DNA of 64,000 bases from Octopus vulgaris (Eukaryota): assembly GCA_951406725.2 (NCBI GenBank), contig OX597825.1, positions 13,454,001-13,518,000 on the forward strand. Reading direction: 5' to 3'. Shown piece by piece: positions 12,484 through 24,545 of the stretch; within the stretch, counting starts at the first letter, position 1, and each line of letters begins with the position of its first letter. The position numbers and the translations under genes are program-made. The notes beneath the pieces are model-generated. The model searched no databases. It was not told the DNA's origin and worked only from the letters and a program-made list of their open reading frames with translations.

Positions 12484-13140
12484 ACTCTTTTACTCTTTTA
12501 CTTGTTTCGGTCATTTGACTGCGGCCATGCTGGAGCATCGCTTTTAGTCGAGCAAATCGACCCCAGGACTTATTATTTGTAAGCCTAGTACTTATTCTAT
12601 CGGTCTCTTTTGCCGAACTGCTAGGTTACGGGGACATAAACACACCAGCATCGGTTGTCAAGCGATGTTGGTGGGGACAAACAGACACACAAACATATAC
12701 ACACATACATATATATATATATACATATATACGACGGTCTTCTTTCAGTTTCCGTCTACCAAATCCACTCACAATGCTTTCGTCGGCCCGAGGCTATAGT
12801 AGAAGACACTTGCTCAAGTTGCCATGCAGTGGGACTGAACCCTGAACCATGTGGTTCGTAAGCATGCTACTTACCATACAGCCATTCCTACGCCTATATG
12901 TATATGTATTATGTGTATATGGTGGGGGGGAGACAAACACAGACACAAATATGTATGTATGTGTGTGTGTTTGTGTGTGTGCATACGACGGGCTTCTTTA
13001 AGTTTCCGTCTACCAAATCCACTCACAAGTCTTTGGTCGGCCCGAGGCTATAGTAGCAGACACTTGCCCAAAGTGACACGCAGTGGGACTGAACCCGGAA
13101 CCATGTGGTTGGGAAGCAAACTTCTTACCACACAGCCAAG
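12484..13140 (-). mobile_element. SINE family A full copy (12484-12895) plus a second 5' half
   Basis: Reverse complement of the 6222-6633 structure. Confidence 0.9.
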
Positions 13141-13170
13141 CCTACACACACACACACACACGCACACGCA

Positions 13171-13222
<52 letters not shown>

Positions 13223-13920
13223 CACACATATTTGGTGATACTTCGGTATTAGTATACATATTGTCGGTGTGAGGAGACGACGTCATTCAGCCTCTTTTTC
13301 AGCCTAGCTTCATCATCCATGTCATGTAGGTGAATGATGTGGTCAACCAATACCGAAGGAATACCCATCTTTTACGTCATGTTGGGGCATCCCCTTTCAG
13401 GCTTTACGCTTACAAACCGATCTCAGTTACTTATGTACGTAAGTATGTATAGACGGATGGATGGATGGTGACATTTTTACTTGTTCCCTTCAGTAGACTG
13501 TGGCCATGCTGTAGCACCGCCTTTAATGGCTTTACTTGATTTTACAAGCCCATAGACTTACTTTTTAAATCTATTGTTTTCTCTTTCCGTTTGTCAAATT
13601 TCTCGTAAGCTCATATGTACACACACACACACACACACACGCACCACACAGAACATACATACATACATTCATACGTACATATGTACATACGTACATACAT
13701 AAATGCGTACATTCATACATACGTGCATACGTACATGTGTACATAAGTTAATACATACATGTATACATACATTCATACATAGCTATGTACGAAAGTTCAC
13801 ACATACATACATACATACATACATACATACATACATACATACATACATACATACATGTGTACATATGTTAATACATACATTCATACATAGCTATGTACGA
13901 ACGGTCACACATACATACAA

Positions 13921-13953
<33 letters not shown>

Positions 13954-14009
13954 CATTTATCCGTACATACATAAATGAATGCATACATACATCCATACAT
14001 ACAAACGTA

Positions 14010-14390
14010 CCATGCAGTACCAGGCAGTGGCTCTCATGGCTTCTGATCTTAACTGATTGGAAGTGTTATCATGTACATTGTTTTGTCTTGGTATAAAAGA
14101 TGGGCTACAGTAAATATTCTGCTCAATGCCAGATTTGCTTGTCAGTTGTTTGACCTTAACCAGTTGAGCATGTCCTTTGGTGGCTGACGATATGTGCATC
14201 TCTGATCACGAGCGGAAGTAGTGGGGGAGCATCATAGCCATGTGTTCAGAGGAATTCTTTGGGGTTTGGATTATCAGTCTTTGGAAACTTGTGTGTTTTG
14301 TTCATCATCCTTAAAACAAACTTTATTTAGGGACCTTTTGGGCAGAATGGGTTACTTGACCTGAGGAAAATTATAATTGGGCCCCGGGTA
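14010..14390 (-). mobile_element. Family E repeat, same as 1-175 but a longer copy
   Basis: catgcagtaccaggcagtggctctcatggcttctgatc...gagcatgtcc is the reverse complement of positions 1-168. The right boundary is approximate. Confidence 0.75.
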
Positions 14391-14435
14391 TATTGGGCTT
14401 CGTATATTTTATCCCAGTGTCACTTCGATGGCACT

Positions 14436-14476
<41 letters not shown>

Positions 14477-14666
14477 ACGTACATGGATACATGCATACAT
14501 ACATATATGCATGCATGCATACATACTTACATACGTTCATAAATTCATAGATGCATTTATACACACACGCCTTTGTGTTAGTGCGAGCGTAGGTGTTGAG
14601 AAAGCGGGACAATGACAGAGGTTAATAAATGAATGAGTCAAGCGAGCCATTAATTGCCTACACAAA

Positions 14667-14716
<50 letters not shown>

Positions 14717-14830
14717 TATTATGCACACAAGCACACGGGGATAGGTAGATGAGAGCTAATAGTGAAATCCAGTCAAGCGTGTCCCTCCACCTCCGTGATC
14801 GTCCCATTTCCCATCAACGGTGGTATATCG

Positions 14831-14873
<43 letters not shown>

Positions 14874-15127
14874 TCTCTCTTTCTCACTTTCTCTCTCATC
14901 ATACATTCACGACTCGGTTATCACCTGTGTCACACTTCACTTCCTTGCTTCGTCACTCTCGCTCCACCTCGTCCCATTATGAGATAAACATCTCATCACA
15001 CGAAAATAGGATCTCATTTTTTACTTTTGTTTTATTTGCACGACACAAAAAGACACACACACAGACATGCACGCATTCATTCTTACATGCATACATGCAT
15101 ATATTTGCGTATATGGACATCTCTCTC

Positions 15128-15166
<39 letters not shown>

Positions 15167-15418
15167 ATATGTGTACATACACACACACACACACATATAA
15201 TGTAGATGATCTTAGTCATAGGGCCAAATAGATTGTGAATCATAAAAACGAAACAATGCAATGGATGAATATATATATATAAACAATATTTATATAAATA
15301 TAAACAATGCAATGGATATATATATATGTGTGTGTGTGTGTGTGTATGTATGTATGATTAATTAAACCCGCCCCCACAAAAAAAAAACGAGGAACAAACA
15401 CAAGAAAAAACAACAATG

Positions 15419-15647
15419 CGAGGGTGAGTCAAAAAATAATGCCATTTTGTTTAGGACAGGTATAATTACCAACACAGGAACATGTATCATACATCAAAAT
15501 GAAGCTGGTCCTCTGTGGATGTGGATCACATCCCTACTTCTCAACATAGTCACCGTTTCTCTCAATAGCAATGTTCCACCGTCGAATGAAAGCATGTATC
15601 CCTGCCCTATAAAATTCTGTTGACTGTTCTTTGAGCCACTTCTGCAC
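15419..15647 (-). mobile_element. Mariner 3' remnant (TIR plus transposase C-terminus)
   Basis: Minus strand 15647-15534 encodes VQKWLKEQSTEFYRAGIHAFIRRWNIAIERNGDYVEK*. A TIR-like cgagggtgagtcaaaaa lies at 15419. Confidence 0.8.
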
Positions 15648-15809
15648 TAAGAGTAGAAAAGAATATTTCCTTTTCACTGTCTCACTCTCCCTTTGTCGCC
15701 ACTTCAAATTTCGCAGTAAAATCCGTTCCTACAGAACAGCCACGCTGAAGCGGCCACACACACATACACACACATACACGTCTCATGTTAGAACGCTGAA
15801 ATCTACAAG

Positions 15810-15854
<45 letters not shown>

Positions 15855-15861
<7 letters not shown>

Positions 15862-15993
15862 TCTCTGATTCTTTTCTGATGAAGAGCGTAAGCTCGAAAC
15901 ATAAAAAAACTTTTCCACTTTTTCCGAGTGTCAAACTATTACACTTGCTTATTGTTCATACACCTGTCATTTGTTTTTCTATAAATTTCAACT
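15855..15993 (+). mobile_element. Short microsatellite-embedded element with a minimal hammerhead-like core
   Basis: 15871-15906 reads cttttCTGATGA a GAGC-gtaa-GCTC GAAAC ata aaa. The downstream sequence is related to 54110-54203. Confidence 0.65.
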
Positions 15994-15995
15994 AT

Positions 15996-16066
<71 letters not shown>

Positions 16067-16067
16067 T

Positions 16068-16107
<40 letters not shown>

Positions 16108-16110
16108 ACA

Positions 16111-16146
<36 letters not shown>

Positions 16147-16197
16147 TATATATAAATACATACATACATACATACATACGTACATACATACATACAT

Positions 16198-16231
<34 letters not shown>

Positions 16232-16340
16232 GTATAGTCATTCTGTGTGTGTTGTTGCGATTCTTTCCATTCTCATTATCTAATTGCTATGATCAGTAAA
16301 CTATCGATGGACATATTTTTCATTCACATGCTCGAATCAG

Positions 16341-16434
<94 letters not shown>

Positions 16435-17727
16435 TCGTGTGCACCCAAAAGAGAAGATAAAGAGGAATGTGTGTTATTCCTCCTGTTACATTTGAACCCG
16501 TGCCAACACCACCTGGATAAACATTGAGAATAATATCATGTCTTTCGTCTCTGCCATCACACCACACCACACCACACCCTCACCGCCCTCACTACTCGTT
16601 TCTTGATTTGCTGTTCCTCTCTTCTTCGTCTTCTTCTTCTTCTTCTTCTTCTTCTTCTTCTTCTTCTTCTTCTTCTTCTCTCTATTTCTTCGTCTTTTTT
16701 TGCTTCATATTTTGTCTTCGTCAATATTTCCTCTTCTGTATTCCTTTCCTTTTTTTCTCCCTCCTTTTTACTTCATCTTCTACTTAAGCTCCTCTCCCCC
16801 CGATTCTCTCCTCCCCCCCTCTACTTATTAGCCATATATCCACCCTTGCTGCTTGACGTTATGACGTCTTTTGACCAGGCACAAAGCCAAATAATATTTT
16901 GCAGAAAGGTGGAGTCGGGATGTGGTGAGATGCTGTTTGGGGTAATTGCTTGTGGAAAGTGTTCCTTCTAATATCTGACGGAGGTTCTATGCAGTCGGTC
17001 GCATGTCCTACTGTGAATAGGAGCCAAGGTTCCTTCGAATCTTGCCCTACCGTTTTACAAAATGGTAGGGACTCGTTCAATAATGTAGCTCTCCTCGATA
17101 TCTGAATAACAGATGAGAGAGTCACAGCTGGGGCGTTTTTTTTAGCTGAGAATTGTTCTATCAAAAGTTCAAGGCTGACTTATGTGTTAAACAAAAACAG
17201 CAGCAACAACGAAAACAACAACAGCAGCAACAACAACATCAACGAAAACAACAACAGCAGCAGCTGATAGCTAAACAGAAGTTAGCAAATTTGACAGCCT
17301 GCGTAAAAAAAAAAATTCTCATCTCTCATCTCCAGACTGTTGGGTTATGTAACGGAAAATAAAACACCAAGGTTAATTACTCATAGATGCCATCAACCTG
17401 ACACGAAATATTATCGAAAGATCTATTCTTCGCTGAGGAGGTTTCTTAAGGTCGGAACATGTGTGAAGTGTTTTTTTTTTTGTGTGTGTGTGTTTTTGCT
17501 TCGGTTTCCATATGTACCGAAGATAAAACGATGTAAAGTAAACTTATAAAAAAAGATATATTACTGAAGGAAAATGTCCGTTGTTCTTGTCATTGATGAT
17601 GATGATGACGATGATGATGGTGGGGATGAGGAAGAGGAGGGGAAGGGAGGAGGAAGATGAGGAGGAAAACGAGGACGATGATGACGACGATGTTGATGAT
17701 GTTTTAAACTTCGATGGCCAGCAGTGA

Positions 17728-17960
17728 GAGGTCGATTAAATAAGTACCAGTTACTCTCTGTGTTTAGCCCCTTGTGGGTAGTAAAGAAATAGGTATTTCG
17801 TCTGTTTTTACTTTCTGAGTTCAAATTCCGCCGAGGTCGATTTTGCCTTTCATCCGTTCAGGGTCGATAAATTAAGTACCAGTTACACACTGGGGTCGAT
17901 CTAATCAACAGCCCCCCCTCTCCATAAATTTTGGGTCATGTGCCTAGAGTAGAAAAGAAT
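17728..17960 (+). mobile_element. SINE family B, composite
   Basis: Family B core and tail motifs. Confidence 0.85.
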
Positions 17961-18685
17961 ATATTTATTTTTAAATTCTGACTTCATATTCTGCCGAAGT
18001 TGTCTTTGTAAAAATTCTTCAAAGCAGTGCCCCCACACACACATACACACAGAGTTATAGTGGAAAATCTGGAATCTGTTGGTGGTCTTATGTCAACAAC
18101 ACTTAATTTAATATTTTTTTGCTTTGCTTTTTTTAGATAATGCTTCGTGCCATTTTGTGGCATAATGGCTTTGAAGGTGCGCCGCAGAGTTTTGAAAATT
18201 TCAATTTAAATATTTTTTTTTTTTAAATCCATATTAATGTTTGAACGCCTTGTAAAATATGGTATTCATAATTTTATGATAAGACGTGTATGTTTAGTAA
18301 AGCAATGTAAATAACCATGCCCTGTATTTTTATTAAATTTTTGACATTTAAAAAAAATATTTCTCGTACGAGGTGCGCCAGAAATATTTAATTTGATCTT
18401 TTCTGAACGTTATGAAGTCAAAAAAAGAAAGAAAAAGATTGAAAATTACTGAATTACTCTAGAGGAGGGAGAATGCATACAATTCAACATTCTTTACGGC
18501 AATTGAACATAACACACTTTCTCCTGAACACTCCTAAAAACATTTATAGCTTTGAGCCAAATGGAAAATTCTTGAATTTCAAACGACATAACGTTGCGAG
18601 ATATTTGACACCATTACAACCGCTCTCTGGCAGCTTTATTGGTCGAGCTTGTAGCTGTGGAGGCCTTCAGCGTTCTCGTCCCCCT

Positions 18686-19420
18686 CTTTCTTGTCTTGAG
18701 ACAGCATTCACCCGGGGTGGGTTGAGCTGACTTCATTCATCCTCAATGCTGCATCTCTCACAAACGCCGACCAGGCCTGGCGATTTGAGGCTAACGACCG
18801 CGTGATCTCCAACCACTCCTTATTCCAGCGGCGAATGCCGTATATATGGGGGCCCTGGTTGGGTTCCAGATCAGCCTTGACTGTCATCAGCCAGGTTTTT
18901 CGTTGTCCACCACATCGCTTTCGCCAACCCTGAAGGGGAGCTGGAGCAATTGCTTCGTAGGTTGGGTTCCAGATCAGCCTTGACTGTCATCAGCCAGGTT
19001 TTTCGTTGTCCACCACATCGCTTTCGCCAACCCTGAAGGGGAGCTGGGGCAATTGCTTCGTAGGCTGGGTTCCAGATCAGCCTTGACTGTCATCAGCCAG
19101 GTTTTTCGTTGTCCACCACATCGCTTTCGCCAACCCTGAAGGGGAGCTGGGGCAATTGCTTCGTAGGCTGGGTTCCAGATCAGCATTGACTGTCATCAGC
19201 CAGGTTTTTCGTTGACCACCACATCGCTTTCGCCAACCCTGAAGGGGAGCTGGGGGTAATTGCTTCGTGGATGAATTCTCCTGGTTGACGACGGAGAGCA
19301 TGACCCAGCCAACGCAGACGTCTCGTTAGGATGACTTGTTGGAGGGAGGTGATTTTGCCCTGGTGTTGCACCGAATTGTTGGAGACAAAGTGATGCCATC
19401 GGACACGAAGGATGTTCTCG
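18686..19420 (-). mobile_element. RTE-clade LINE 3' fragment with an internal 103-bp tandem quadruplication
   Basis: Minus strand gives ILRVRWHHFVSN...RRLRWLGHALRR...GWRKRCGGQRKTWLMTVKADLEP...YGIRRWNKEWLEITRSLASNRQAWSAFVRDA, typical of the RTE post-RT region, with a caagacaag tail. Repeat units start at 18861, 18964, 19067 and 19170. Confidence 0.85.
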
Positions 19421-19746
19421 TCCTCCTGGATCATATCCCTGCTCATCGCGATCAGGGAGGAGATGGCTGTCTGCAGGTACGAACACTGGAACTTGGAGAG
19501 TTTTTTTTTTTTGTTCTAGCGTATTTCCTTTTTACAATTCTCCGAAGCAACGTATTTTCCAATTTGTCTGCTGGGAACATGAGGTAGCCTACATTACAGG
19601 AAATCGAGAGAATGTAAGAATATCGGAACTTATTATACGAACATTAAAATTAACAAAATACACTGGCACTTATTTTATGAACCTTGAAAGGATAAAAGGC
19701 AAAATGGTCCTCGGTGGATCAAATAATAATAATAATAATAATAATA

Positions 19747-19788
<42 letters not shown>

Positions 19789-19791
19789 GTA

Positions 19792-19846
<55 letters not shown>

Positions 19847-19992
19847 TAATAATCTATTTTTACTATGAGCATAAGGCTAGAGATTTCATGGGAGAGGCCT
19901 AGATGATAACATCGACCCCAGCGCTCAAATGGTACTTCTTTCATGACCTCTGACAAGATGAAATGAAAAGGGGATCTCGATGGATAATAATA

Positions 19993-20059
<67 letters not shown>

Positions 20060-20117
20060 GGATGAAAGGTAAAGTCGACCTCGGCGGAATTTGAACTCAC
20101 AACGTAAAGACAAACGA

Positions 20118-20174
<57 letters not shown>

Positions 20175-20494
20175 TCTTTTTTGATACGCGAAGGCGTAGC
20201 AAAAAGCCTGCTACCCAAAAAGCACATGTTTGCAGATTCAGTGCTACGCAGTGGGTATTGTAGAGGACGCTTGCCCAAGGTGACATGTAGTGGGACTGAA
20301 CCTGGAACCATGTGGTTGAGAAGCAAGCTTCTTACCACACAGACACGCCTGCACTTGCTCCAAATTAAATAATAAGAAACAAATTTATTCTATATTCTTT
20401 GCTACCCTAAGCACAAGGCTTGAGATTTGATGGTAGAAGCCTGGTTGATTACATCGACCCCAGTGTTCAACTGGTACTTATATTATCTGTTATC

Positions 20495-20925
20495 GGATCT
20501 TTTCGGTTTGAAAGGCAGTTTTTTCTAGCGGTGTCATATGAAATTGTCACCCATAATTATAACCCTAGTATCGATCTATTGCATTTCAATCTATTTTAGG
20601 GCTAGGGTTAGTTAAGGTTAGGGTTAGGAGTGGGGGGAAGGGTATCTTTTTTTCTTCAGAAATGTAAATAAACCCAATCTATTTCTTACACGAGGGATAT
20701 ATTCATACGGCACAGAATGTTTTCACCTCAATAGATGGTCATTGATTGGTTGAAATTGCAGAAATTGAAGAAAAACAACAACAAATATCTTACAAACTAT
20801 AGAATTTTCTCAATAAAGCCAAGAGAAAAGATGTTTTATAAACACATTCTACCAGTATACGAAGTTTTAAATTTTTTAGTTACGTGGAAATTATGTTAAA
20901 AACTGCCGTTCAAACCGAAAAGATC
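20495..20925 (+). mobile_element. ~430-bp TIR element (GGATC...GATCC) with TTAGGG-like repeats, copy 1, inserted into a SINE B
   Basis: TIRs ggatcttttcggtttgaaaggcagttttt / aaaaactgccgttcaaaccgaaaagatc, with internal ttagggctagggttagttaaggttagggttagg. Confidence 0.9.
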
Positions 20926-21286
20926 AATTTTATCGACCCCGAAAGAGTGGAAGGCAAAGTCGACATCGGCGGCATTTGAACTCAAAGCGTAAAGACGAAA
21001 CGTTGCTAACTGTTTATCTGAAGCAGAGAGTGGTGATGGAGGCTGGGGTATATTGCATTAGTCGTGACAGGGTGAATGGGAGAATGGTGATCGGGAAAGA
21101 GTGAACGTCTGGGAAGAAGATAATGAAATGACAGAAAATAACCAAATAAAGAATGGAGAAAAAAAAAACAATAATAAAATAGATAAAATAAAATGCAAAC
21201 GAAACAATAATAAATACAAGATTTAATGAAATAGGTAATCAGATAAATTGAAAAACGAAACAAAATATAAAAAAAAAAGAAAAGAG

Positions 21287-21320
<34 letters not shown>

Positions 21321-21618
21321 GCCAGTATCGATCTCAATAATGTTACAATATTTATGAAAATCTTCTGATAAGATAACTCGAGATTAAAGAAACAGGAGTA
21401 AGTTAAAATCTTGAGCGGATTGATGTAAGTCAAATAAATAAATAAATAAATGAATAAATAAATAAATAAAAAACAAACAAATAGATAAATAAAAATTCCA
21501 ATAAATATGTAAATGAACGGCCAACTTTGATGAAAATAAATAAATAAACTATGAAAATAATATGATAAAAAAAAATAAATATATAAAATAGCTATAATAA
21601 ATAAATAAATGAAATCGA

Positions 21619-21680
<62 letters not shown>

Positions 21681-22037
21681 CAAATTCTATGGAGACAGAG
21701 CTATGTTTCGTAATTTTGAAGAATACGTGGAAACCATTTTTCATAAGCTCTTGTAAACCAGACAATGTGGTTCTTTTAGAGGAATTAAAAGTAAGAGAGC
21801 TAAAACAAAACTGTATGGAAAAAAAAAACATAGCCAATGGGAGGAATCTTCAAGACTGTCTGTCATTGAATATATTTGGCATCGGGTTTGGTGAGTGACG
21901 GATTCCATTTGATGGATCTTCTCATTGTGTTATTATTGTGTAAGCCCATAGTCACTTGTATAACTAATTTGTTCTTCAGGAAATTCTGTATAAGACTGTG
22001 GTTGGATATTCCACAGTCGTTTGTAGTCCTCCCCGTT

Positions 22038-22450
22038 GGATCTTTTCGGTTTGAAGGGCAGTTTTTTCCTAGCAGTGCCATATGGAATTGTCACTCATAA
22101 TTATGACCCTAGTATCGATCTATTGCATTTCAATCTGTTTTAGGGTTAGGGGTGGGGGGAAGGGTATATTTTTTCTTCAGAAATGTAAATAAACCCAATC
22201 TGTTTCTTAAACGAGGGACATATTCATACGGCACAGAAAGTTTTCACCTCAATGGACGTCATTGATTGGTTGAAATTGCAGAAATTTAAGAAAAAAAACC
22301 AACAAATATCTTACAAACTATAAAATTTTCTCAATAAAGCCAAGAGAAAAAGATGTTTTATAAACACATTCTACCAGTATACGAAGTTTAAAAGTGTTCA
22401 GTTACGTGGAAATTATTTAAAAAAGACTGCCGGTCAAACCGAAAAGATCC
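22038..22450 (+). mobile_element. TIR element copy 2
   Basis: Same TIRs and interior as copy 1. It is flanked by a ~100-bp direct repeat. Confidence 0.9.
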
Positions 22451-22844
22451 GCTCCTTGCGCTTTTGTGTAAGCCATAGTCACTTGTATAACTAATGTATT
22501 CTTCAGAAAATTCTGTATAAGACTGTGGTTGGATATTCCAAAGTCGTTTGTATTTCTCCTGTTCAGTGGAGGTGGGTGGGGTGATGTGATTTTGGTCATT
22601 TTAAGTATCGTAGAAACAAGAGTAATAGGCTTTATGAGTCTCAGGGCTCAAGGCAGTTCTTTAGGCTTAGGGTCTCCTCAGATAATTGTTTAATCACTTA
22701 ATGAAAGCCAATCAAATAAATGTTCACATGAGTGTTCACGAAAAAAAGTTGAACATCGGAACCAACTCAAATTCGAAACCCGCACTTCACGGTCTTACCT
22801 CAGTCGTTGACAATGGAGTTATGGTATTAAGTAATAATTATTAT

Positions 22845-23245
22845 GCTGGAAAATCGCCGGGCGAAATGATTAGCCGTATTTGAGTTCAAATTTCGCCAAG
22901 GTTGACTTTGCCTTTCATCCTTTCGGGGTCGATAAATTAAGTACCAGTAGCGTGCTTGGGGTCGATGTAATCGACTCCAGCACGCAACTGGTGCTTAATT
23001 TATCGATCCCGAAAGGATGAATGGCAAAGTCAACCTCGGCAGAATTTGAACTCAGAACATAAAAACAGACGAAGATATATATTCTTTTCTACTCTAGGCA
23101 CAAGGACCGAAATTTTGGGGGACGGGGCCAGTCGATTAGATCGACTCCAGCACGCAACAGGTACTTAATTTATCGACCCCGAAAGGATGAAAGGTAAAGT
23201 CGAACTCGGCGGAATTTGAACTCAGAACGTAAAGACAAACGAACA
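22845..23245. mobile_element. SINE family B fold-back pair plus a further minus-strand copy
   Basis: A plus-strand copy to 22966, its reverse complement from 22970, and another copy at 23083-23245. Confidence 0.85.
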
Positions 23246-23859
23246 TATATATATATTGATAGGTGAAGGTGTGGCAAGAACCTAGCTACCCCAAAAGCAC
23301 ATGTTTGCAGATTCAGTGCCACGTAGGGGATATTGTAGAGGACGCTAGCTCAAGGTGACATGTAGTGGGACTGAACCTGGAACCGCGTGGTTGGGAAGCA
23401 AGCTTCTTACCACACAGCCACGCCTGCCCTCGCTCCAAATTAAATAATAAGAAATGAATTAATTAACGTAATTGCTTCTGTTTACTTTATTACATTCCTT
23501 TACGTTCCAAGTTCAAACCTCGCCCAGGTATTCATTGCTTTCCATTCATGCTCTTTCGATAAAATAATATCTGTCAAATATTGGGGTCGACTTCTTTCGT
23601 CGACAGCCCTTATGCTCCTAATTAGGCAGAGTGGTGGGCGAGCAAGATCAATTACGCTGCATAATTAATTTTTTTTGAAAAAATTGGGTTATCTTAGGTT
23701 TCACTTCCAGATACCAACTGGGTGACACTACATACCTACTTATATCTGATTCTCCCTGGGTGCAGGAATTACCCACCAAGCTGTCTCTTACTGCGACTGG
23801 GCGAACTGACTGCATCTCTGCTAGGAGGTGGGTGTGTAGCCTCGCGCCTATTTTACAAA

Positions 23860-23876
23860 GCAGCAGCAGCAGTAGC

Positions 23877-23923
<47 letters not shown>

Positions 23924-24043
23924 CAATATTGGTGGTAGAAGTTGTAGTGGTGGTGGTGGTGGTGGTGATAGTTGTAGGAGCAGCAGTAGTAGTAGTAGTT
24001 GCTGAGGTGATAGTAGTAGTAGTAGTGGTGGATGTGGTAGTAA

Positions 24044-24082
<39 letters not shown>

Positions 24083-24355
24083 AAGTGGTGGTGGTGATAG
24101 TAGTAGTAGTTGTAATAGTACTAGTAGTAGTGGTAGTAGTAGTAGTAGTAGTAGTAGCTGAGGTGATAGTAGTAGTAGTAGTAGTGGATGTGGTAGTAAT
24201 AGTAGTAGTAGTAGTAGTAGTAGTAGAAGTGGTGGTGGTGATAGTAGTAGTAGTTGTAATAGTACTAGTAGTAGTGGTAGTAGTAGTAGTAGTAGTGGTA
24301 GTAGTAGTAGTGGTGGTGGTGGTCGTCGTAGTGTTAGTGATAGTAGTAGTTGTAA

Positions 24356-24387
<32 letters not shown>

Positions 24388-24545
24388 TTGGTGGTGGTCG
24401 TAGTGTTTGTTAGTGATAGTAGTAGTAGTAGTAATAGTAGTAGTAGCAGCAGAAGTAGTAATAGTAGTAGTAGTAGTTGTAGTAGTAGTAGTGGAGGTGG
24501 TGGTGGTGGTGGTGGTTGCGGCAGCGGCGTCGGCGGTGGTGGTGA
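23860..24545. repeat. (GTA)n/(GTG)n compound microsatellite with a ~156-bp higher-order duplication
   Basis: The gctgaggtgatagtag...gatgtggtagtaatag motif occurs at 24001 and ~24157. Confidence 0.9.

Noticed and set aside
13262-13410. Possible RT fragment on the minus strand (GCP..KMGIPSVLVDHIIHLHDM)
   Set aside because: It is too short and degenerate to support without a search.
18150-18450. Possible hAT remnant (ggtgcgcc motifs, aaaagattgaaaattactg end)
   Set aside because: No matching second TIR or TSD could be located.
20596-20640. Interstitial telomere or chromosome fusion scar
   Set aside because: The TTAGGG-like units are an internal part of a four-copy TIR element.
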